From NCBI GenBank assembly GCA_044224875.1, contig JBGAJQ010000007.1:57517-121516 (forward strand): 64,000 nucleotides of DNA, in the 5' to 3' direction. The notes beneath the pieces are model-generated. The model searched no databases, was not told the DNA's origin, and was given only the letters and a program-made list of their open reading frames with translations. The stretch comes from Gemmatimonadaceae bacterium. GTDB taxonomy: Bacteria > Gemmatimonadota > Gemmatimonadetes > Gemmatimonadales > Gemmatimonadaceae. Every line of letters begins with the position of its first letter. Positions within the stretch are counted from its first letter, which is position 1. A program made the position numbers and the translations under genes. This document shows, in pieces, positions 57,843 to 64,000 of the stretch.

Positions 57843-57877
57843 AGGCCCGATCCAACGAGTGGATCGGGCCTTTCTTC
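57843..57877. terminator. Intrinsic terminator, probably bidirectional
   Basis: 12-bp stem AGGCCCGATCCA/TGGATCGGGCCT with T-rich tail, between convergent genes. Confidence 0.8.
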
Positions 57878-57893
57878 CAATGACCGCTGGTTG

Positions 57894-58133
57894 TTAGCGC
57901 TTCTTGCTGCGCCGACGAGCGACCGCCACGCCAGCTGCAACTGCGGCAACCGTCGCGACGCCGGCCGCAGCGGCCGCAATCCGCTTCTTCTTTCGCGCGG
58001 CCTCAACGCCGGTCACACGATCTACCAACTTTACCGCTGCACTCTTGGCTTGCGAACCAGCCTTCTTTGCAGCCTTCACGGCCTTCGTTGCACTCTTCAC
58101 GGCCTGTCGGGCCGACTTTTCCATACCAGCCAT
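57894..58133 (-). CDS. Small Lys/Ala-rich protein with C-terminal hydrophobic helix
   Basis: AAGGGGG RBS; KAVKAAKK; IAAAAAGVATVAAVAAGVAVA followed by RRRSKKR. Confidence 0.7.
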   Translation of the reverse strand: MAGMEKSARQAVKSATKAVKAAKKAGSQAKSAAVKLVDRVTGVEAARKKKRIAAAAAGVATVAAVAAGVAVARRRSKKR

Positions 58134-58474
58134 GTGTCCCCCCTTCAGAAGTTCGTTGAGTCGACTACCCAGTAGCGATTCGGTCGTTCCGCGCCACAAC
58201 AAGGACGAAGTGCCATGTGCGCCGCTCCCAACCCAAGCTCTACTCGGCGCGAGATGCGCGCATTCCGACATTTCACGCTCCAGCATCGGGGATGGCCCGA
58301 CCGCCAGATCTTCTTCAACGGAACGCGCACGAAGAGCGTTGGCGCCTGGCCGAGGGATCCGGCACGCACTTCTGCGACCGAAGGGGCGTGGTCATCTGTA
58401 CAGCCAACGGCGCCCGAGATACCCTTACCGACTTCCAACGACCGCTCCACCGGACCCCATCGCCCGGAGTCTCC

Positions 58475-59371
58475 ATGTCTCGCTTTTTTGCGCCCCTCGC
58501 CGCGACGATCCTCGCGACCTCATCGGTATTGGCCCAGATGCCTGGCGAGCGCGCGAGCTCTTCAGACGCAACGCCTTTGGGGCTGAGCGCCAAGGACCCA
58601 CTGGTCGAGTTTGAGCTGATGACGTGGCCAGAGGTCAAGCAGGCGTTGGCCGACGGCAAGACGACGGCTCTGTTCTACACTGGCGGCACGGAGCAGCGAG
58701 GGCCGCAGAACGCCAACGGCGGGCATAACCTGATGGCCAAGGCCACGGTAAAGGCCATTGCCTTGAAGCTTGGCAACGCGATTGCCATGCCGGTGCTCCC
58801 GTATACGCCCAACAACGCCAGCGCGGAGCTGCCGGGCACGATCGGAATCACGAATGAGATCTTGGCGGCGATCCTGGAGCGCGTCAGCGAGCAGGCGATC
58901 ACTACGGGCTTCAAGAACGTGATCCTCATGGGTGATCACGGGGGCGGCCAGCCGGACGTGTATCGTCAGGTGGCGGAGAAGTTGGACGCCAAGTATGCGC
59001 CGCAGGGCGTGCGCGTGTTCTACTGCGATGAGGTGTATGCGAAAGCCCAGAACGACTTCAACAAATGGCTCGTAGACAATGGCTATCCCGCCAGCTCGCA
59101 CGCCGGCATCGCCGATACGTCCGAGATGTGGTACTTGGGTGGCGAACTGTGGGTGCGCACCGATCTCGTGAAGTCGGCGCTCGGCGACCCCATGCCCGTT
59201 CCAGGGCAAGCGCGTGACCCCAACGCGACTCGGATCAACAACGGGATCCAAGGTGACGGTCGTCGCTCATCACCGGAATTGGGCAAGATGCAGTACGACA
59301 TCAAGGTGGACTACGCCGTCAAACAGATCACGGCGTTACTGAACGGGCAAAAGAGCGGGCAGCCCGAGTAA
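58475..59371 (+). CDS. Creatininase-family protein with signal peptide
   Basis: MTWPEV, GGTEQRGP, MGDHGGG, SHAGIADTS. Confidence 0.88.
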   Translation: MSRFFAPLAATILATSSVLAQMPGERASSSDATPLGLSAKDPLVEFELMTWPEVKQALADGKTTALFYTGGTEQRGPQNANGGHNLMAKATVKAIALKLGNAIAMPVLPYTPNNASAELPGTIGITNEILAAILERVSEQAITTGFKNVILMGDHGGGQPDVYRQVAEKLDAKYAPQGVRVFYCDEVYAKAQNDFNKWLVDNGYPASSHAGIADTSEMWYLGGELWVRTDLVKSALGDPMPVPGQARDPNATRINNGIQGDGRRSSPELGKMQYDIKVDYAVKQITALLNGQKSGQPE

Positions 59372-59566
59372 GCGCGCCGTCCGATCCCCTTTTTGATTGG
59401 GGAAGCCAGCGAGGGCCATCCTGGCCCTCGCTTTGGCTTTTCGGAGGGAGAGAGTGAGCGCTGGTGGTCGCGAATCCCTCGCAGCCGTCGGCACTGCGCA
59501 GCCGGTCGCTCAACGCGAAGCCGCGCGGTGAACGGTCCGCCATCGGTCGTTGTGACCGAGTGTCCT

Positions 59567-60136
59567 ATGAATGGCGCGGCGGAGACACCAATCTACGATC
59601 ATGCGACCGGTACCAGCGTGAACGCGTCAGCGACTTCGGTTCCAACCCTTCGAGATGAGCTGGCCGCTCTACACGGACGGGCGTTCGCCTGGTCGATGCG
59701 GTGCTGCAAGGATGATCGAACGGAAGCCGAGGATGTGTTGCATCAGGTGTACGTGTTGGTGCTGGAAGGACGGGCGAAGTTCGCTGGCCGCTCGTCGTTC
59801 AAGACGTGGCTGTTCGGTGTGATCCAGCAGGTGGCGCGTTCCCAGACACGGTTGGCGTGGTTGCGTGTGGCGCGGCTGGAGCGATGGTGGAGGGATCGTC
59901 CGGAGGACTCGGCTCTGGACGAGGGGGAGGGGGACGAACAACTCGTGCACCTCCGCAGTGCGTTAGGCAAGCTTTCGCGACGGCAGCAGGATATCCTGCA
60001 CCTCGTGTTCTATCAGGAAATGACCATTCAGGAGGCGGCGGATGTGCTGGACATGCCGGTGGGGACGGCGCGCACCCATTACGAGCGGGGCAAGGCACGC
60101 CTGCGGCAACTGCTCCAGCAGTCGGTTGAAACATGA
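59567..60136 (+). CDS. ECF RNA polymerase sigma factor
   Basis: AEDVLH, SFKTWLF, LSRRQQ, region 4 EAA.VL..PVGT; start uncertain. Confidence 0.92.
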   Translation: MNGAAETPIYDHATGTSVNASATSVPTLRDELAALHGRAFAWSMRCCKDDRTEAEDVLHQVYVLVLEGRAKFAGRSSFKTWLFGVIQQVARSQTRLAWLRVARLERWWRDRPEDSALDEGEGDEQLVHLRSALGKLSRRQQDILHLVFYQEMTIQEAADVLDMPVGTARTHYERGKARLRQLLQQSVET

Positions 60137-60519
60137 GCGCACATGACCAACCAGATCGCGAGTTGTCGCGACGCTTCCAGGCACAACGCGTCCATGATGA
60201 GGCGCATATCCCTCCATTTTCGCGGGTGGCGGCGGGTACGGAACGGCGACCGACACGCCGTTTGTGGTGGCCGGTGTTCGCCACTGCCGCCGCCGCGGTG
60301 TTGTTGGTCGGCGTATGGCGCAGCCGACCGTCGGAGAGCGTAGCGCCCTATGTGATCAACGTGGGCGAGATGCGCGGCCCCACCGATTTCCTGCTGGATA
60401 TGGCAACGACCGGCACGCGCGCAGGTGAGATGCCGGTGATCGGCGATGTGAACTGGTACCCGCTTCCTCAGGGCACCTCAAGCGGCGCAAGGCCGCATAC
60501 AAGGAGAAACGAACTGTGA
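60133..60519 (+). CDS. Putative single-TM anti-sigma factor
   Basis: Coupled to the ECF gene; one TM helix; PTDFLL motif. Confidence 0.7.
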   Translation: MSAHDQPDRELSRRFQAQRVHDEAHIPPFSRVAAGTERRPTRRLWWPVFATAAAAVLLVGVWRSRPSESVAPYVINVGEMRGPTDFLLDMATTGTRAGEMPVIGDVNWYPLPQGTSSGARPHTRRNEL

Positions 60520-60980
60520 AGTACCTTTGTCTTGCCCTCATCTCGCTGCTGGCGACGTCACCCACGCGAGCGCAGGGACCGAAACCGGACGATGCGTTTG
60601 CCCGTGCCATGTTTGACCCACAACTCGTGCTCAAGAGCGCCCAGGCCATTGGGCTATCGAGTACGCAACGCAAGGCCATCATGGACGAACTGAAGGCCGC
60701 TCAAGTGGCGCTGGCTCCCCTGCAGATCGACATGACGGACCCCGCGTTGGAGCTGCAAGAATTGATCGAGCAGTCCAAGGTGGACGAAGCCAAGGCTGTC
60801 GCCAAGACGTCCGACGTCTTACGCATCGAGAACGAAGTCAAGAAGCGTCAACTCATCCTGCTGATCCGGATCAAGAACGTGCTGACCCCAGAGCAGCAGT
60901 CCAAGCTGCGTGTCATTCGCGATGGCAAGGACAGCGGCGACGGACCGGCCGAAACCCCGTCGGGCGTTCCAGGCCTCTGA
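60516..60980 (+). CDS. Spy/CpxP/ZraP-like periplasmic helical protein
   Basis: Signal peptide, IGLS..Q, VLTPEQ. Confidence 0.8.
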   Translation: MKYLCLALISLLATSPTRAQGPKPDDAFARAMFDPQLVLKSAQAIGLSSTQRKAIMDELKAAQVALAPLQIDMTDPALELQELIEQSKVDEAKAVAKTSDVLRIENEVKKRQLILLIRIKNVLTPEQQSKLRVIRDGKDSGDGPAETPSGVPGL

Positions 60981-60998
60981 TCCATAGGAGCACATACC

Positions 60999-62078
60999 AT
61001 GATCTCATCCCGATCCAGTGCGCGTCTTGCCCGGTTGGCGCTGACCGTAGCGTTGGCCGCGTGCTCGAGCTCATCCGAGCCGACGCAGGCACGGCGATTC
61101 AACACGTCAAAGGTCGAGTCGGGCGTGGCCACGGTGAACCGGGTGGCGGCCACACCAGTACTGAACAGCGTATTGGCGATGAGCCAGTTTGCGGGTGCCT
61201 CCGGCCGGGTCTCACCAGGACCGACTACGCTGATTGGGGCTGACGGTACAATCCGTCAAGCCATAGAACGCATCGCCACGGCAACCCTGACACCTGGCAC
61301 GGCGTTCCTGCCGCTCATGCACCACGACGTCCTCGGCAAGACGTTCGTGTACAATCCGGTGACCGAGCGATACGAGGTCGATCCCACGCGCACTGGGGCA
61401 CCCGCCAATGGCGTGCGCTTCATCATTTACGAGACGGACGCCAGCAAGCACCCGATCGTCGCTCGGCCCATCGGGTACGCGGACCTGACCGACGAACAGC
61501 GCGCCTCCCCATCCGCTGTTGGGTTGAAGTTGGTCGTAGTAGCTGACGGTGTGACGCGCCTTAGCTACTCACTCAGCGTCACCGGGTCACTCAGCGACCC
61601 AGTATTCGGCGTCAACGGATACCTGAGCGATGGCAAGGACCGCGTGGACTTCACCATCACGGCGAGTCCGCGCTTCTTCGGAAGCACGGCGCCTGCCACC
61701 GTCGACGCCACGCTCAGCGTGCCAGGGACGCAGTTCGCCGTCACGGCCCACGCGGTTGCCGTCCCGGGCGCCCCACGAGGCGACGGTTCGATCGACATGA
61801 CCCTCACCTCAGCCACAGACCGGATCGTGGTTGCGTCGACCGTTGCTGCGGGTGCGCTCGACGCTTCATTCACCGTGAACGGGCAACTCTTCGCGACAGC
61901 GACCGGTGATCCGTTGGCGCCCGTGATACGCGGGAAGGACGGTCAGGAACTTTCGGCCGACGAGATGCGTGCGCTGGCGGCCGTGGTGGACTTGGCCGGC
62001 CACATCTTCACCATGATCTCCAACTTGCTGCAACCCGTTGGCGCGCTGCTGCTCTTCGCCTTTGGCGTATCGACCTGA
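60999..62078 (+). CDS. Hypothetical lipoprotein
   Basis: AGGAG RBS, lipobox LAAC, beta-rich. Confidence 0.8.
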   Translation: MISSRSSARLARLALTVALAACSSSSEPTQARRFNTSKVESGVATVNRVAATPVLNSVLAMSQFAGASGRVSPGPTTLIGADGTIRQAIERIATATLTPGTAFLPLMHHDVLGKTFVYNPVTERYEVDPTRTGAPANGVRFIIYETDASKHPIVARPIGYADLTDEQRASPSAVGLKLVVVADGVTRLSYSLSVTGSLSDPVFGVNGYLSDGKDRVDFTITASPRFFGSTAPATVDATLSVPGTQFAVTAHAVAVPGAPRGDGSIDMTLTSATDRIVVASTVAAGALDASFTVNGQLFATATGDPLAPVIRGKDGQELSADEMRALAAVVDLAGHIFTMISNLLQPVGALLLFAFGVST

Positions 62079-62094
62079 GTCGGATCGATCAAAG

Positions 62095-62133
62095 AAGGGC
62101 GTCGCCACCGCGTCGGCGGGGCGGCGCCCTTTC
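62095..62133 (+). terminator. Intrinsic terminator after the ECF operon
   Basis: Stem AAGGGCGTCGCC/GGCGGCGCCCTT. Confidence 0.65.
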
Positions 62134-62187
62134 GCATGGTGGCAACGACGAGCGATGATTCTCGTTCATCGCTCGAGAACGAGACAT

Positions 62188-63027
62188 ATGCAGACCTTCG
62201 TGCAGGACCTGCTGCGTGACAAGCACGCTTTTGTCGCTGGTGGAACGAGTGGCATCAACCTCGCGATCGCCCACGAGTTGGCAGCATTTGGCGCCAAGGT
62301 TTCGGTGTTCAGTCGCAACGCCGAGCGCGTCCAGCGTGCCGTGGAGCAGTTGTCGGGGAACGGCCGTCAGGTTAACGGATACTCGGGCGACGTGCGCGAG
62401 TTTGCGAGTATCGAGCGGGCGCTACAGGCGTCACATGACGTGTTTGGCCCACTCGACATCGTGGTCTCCGGCGCTGCCGGCAATTTCATTGCGCCCGCCG
62501 CGCGCCTTTCTGCAAACGGCTTTCGCACGGTCGTGGACATTGACCTCATGGGCACCTTCAACGTGCTCCGCGCCGCGTATGCGTTGCTACGCCGACCAGG
62601 TGCATCGATCATAAATATTTCGGCGCCGCAGTCGACGGAGGCGTACTGGGGTCAAGCACATGTGAGCGCAGCCAAGGCGGGAGTGGACATGCTCACGCGA
62701 TCGCTGGCCGTGGAGTGGGGGCCGGAAGGCATCCGCGTGAACGCCATTGTGCCGGGCCCGATCGCCGGCACAGAGGGGATGGAGCGGCTGGCCCCCAGCG
62801 ACGAGATTCGGGCCGCATGGCTCAAGGCGAATCCCCTTCGCCGCTTTGGTTCGGGACGGGACATCGCCAATGCGGCGCTCTTCCTGTGCAGTGATGCCGC
62901 GTCGTACGTCACCGGTGCCATTCTGTATTGCGATGGCGGTCAGGTGCTAAGTCCGGGGCGTGACTACGCCGAGAGTTGGGCCGCCATGCAACCCGCGGCA
63001 CCGGAGGCCAGCCGTCGGGAGGGCTAG
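62188..63027 (+). CDS. SDR oxidoreductase, 2,4-dienoyl-CoA reductase-like
   Basis: GGTSGIN, GAAGNF, VDIDLMGTFN, SAAKAGVD, VEWGP. Confidence 0.92.
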   Translation: MQTFVQDLLRDKHAFVAGGTSGINLAIAHELAAFGAKVSVFSRNAERVQRAVEQLSGNGRQVNGYSGDVREFASIERALQASHDVFGPLDIVVSGAAGNFIAPAARLSANGFRTVVDIDLMGTFNVLRAAYALLRRPGASIINISAPQSTEAYWGQAHVSAAKAGVDMLTRSLAVEWGPEGIRVNAIVPGPIAGTEGMERLAPSDEIRAAWLKANPLRRFGSGRDIANAALFLCSDAASYVTGAILYCDGGQVLSPGRDYAESWAAMQPAAPEASRREG

Positions 63028-63086
63028 CGATTGCGGGCGCACGCGCCAATGTTCGTGCATCCCAATTCTTGGATATCCGCAGAATT

Positions 63087-63476
63087 ATGGCTCGCGCCTT
63101 GCCGCTCACGCGCTTGCGGGCAATCTGCCTGGCGCTACCCGACGCGTCGGAAGTCATCTCGCACGGCGAGCCGACGTTCAGGGCCCGAGGGCGGATGTTT
63201 GCCACCTATGCGAGCGGACGGAACCATCACGGCAAGGGTCGAGACGCGGTGTGGGTGAAGTCGTCGCTCGTCACGCAGGGCATCCTCGTCACCCAGCATC
63301 CCGACCGAGTCTTCATCCCGCAGTATGTTGGTCACCAGGGATGGATCGGCATCTGGCTCGACGGGGACGTCGACTGGCGCATGGTGCGCGAGTTGATCGA
63401 AGGGGGACACCAGATGGTCACGCCAGCCCGCAAACGCCCGTCACACAAGACGTCATCGAGCGACGTGCACAGTTAG
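63087..63476 (+). CDS. MmcQ/YjbR family protein
   Basis: LRAICLALP, HGEPTFR, PQYVGHQGWIG. Confidence 0.88.
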   Translation: MARALPLTRLRAICLALPDASEVISHGEPTFRARGRMFATYASGRNHHGKGRDAVWVKSSLVTQGILVTQHPDRVFIPQYVGHQGWIGIWLDGDVDWRMVRELIEGGHQMVTPARKRPSHKTSSSDVHS

Positions 63477-64000
63477 ACGCCGAGCTCGCGTAGGTCCTGC
63501 GCGCGGGTGCGGCTGACGGGCAAGCGCGTGCCATCCACGAGTTCGGCGATCATGCGGCCCTTGCCGTGTCGTCGGAACGCCTTCACCCGGTTCAAGTTCA
63601 CGATGTGCGTACGATGAATCCGCGCAAAGTGCTTCGGATCCAGGCGTTCCTCCAGCCTGTTGAGAGAGAGGTGGATCCATCGTTGCGTCTGATCGACGTG
63701 CGCAATGACGTAATCGCCGCTCGCCTCGAAGTAAGAGACGGCACTCACCGCCACGGGAATGAGGGCACCTCCGGCGCGCACGAACAACCGGCTGATTGGA
63801 CCGCGCGCCAGGAGCTCGGCCATGCGGTCGAGTGCGGCGGTCGCGGCGGGTTCTCCGAGCGCGGTGCGGACCCGGTCGAGGGCCGCCGACAGGCGCTCGG
63901 GTCCGAAGGGCTTCAGCAGATAGTCTGCGGCACCCAGCTCAAACGCGGTCACGGCATGCTGGGCGTAGGCCGTGGTGAAGATGACCAATGGATGGTGTTC
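63473..64000 (-). CDS. LytTR response regulator (5' partial)
   Basis: FTTAY, DYLLKP, GDYV, FARIHR, VSR. Confidence 0.92.
   Translation of the reverse strand, partial: EHHPLVIFTTAYAQHAVTAFELGAADYLLKPFGPERLSAALDRVRTALGEPAATAALDRMAELLARGPISRLFVRAGGALIPVAVSAVSYFEASGDYVIAHVDQTQRWIHLSLNRLEERLDPKHFARIHRTHIVNLNRVKAFRRHGKGRMIAELVDGTRLPVSRTRAQDLRELGV

Noticed and set aside
512..59968. Telomere-like TTAGGC repeats or a CRISPR array
   Set aside because: Copies are isolated, never tandem or regularly spaced

Overview
GC-rich bacterial chromosome segment of about 48 CDS; gene content and style suggest Gemmatimonadota (inference). No rRNA, tRNA, CRISPR or mobile element was recognised. Housekeeping content includes peptidoglycan recycling (murQ-anmK-nagZ, amidase), ggt, class II ribonucleotide reductase nrdJ, a family-B DNA polymerase, tricorn and M16 proteases, hybrid kinases, LytS/LytTR and an ECF sigma cluster. 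The main lead is a tightly coupled minus-strand operon (39146-42134). It encodes a 46-aa peptide ending GG-WQY (missed by the ORF track), an unknown possibly NTF2-like protein, a highly divergent carotenoid-oxygenase-like 4-His propeller and a JAB/MPN+ peptidase, which together suggest a candidate new RiPP-like system. Other leads are a Cyc2-like cytochrome-porin paired with a monoheme cytochrome c, a dispersed YGTTAGGC motif over-represented on both strands, and several frameshifts or deletions (murQ, patatin, DUF4015, possibly polB) that may be assembly errors. All family calls come from motif recognition by eye, not database searches.
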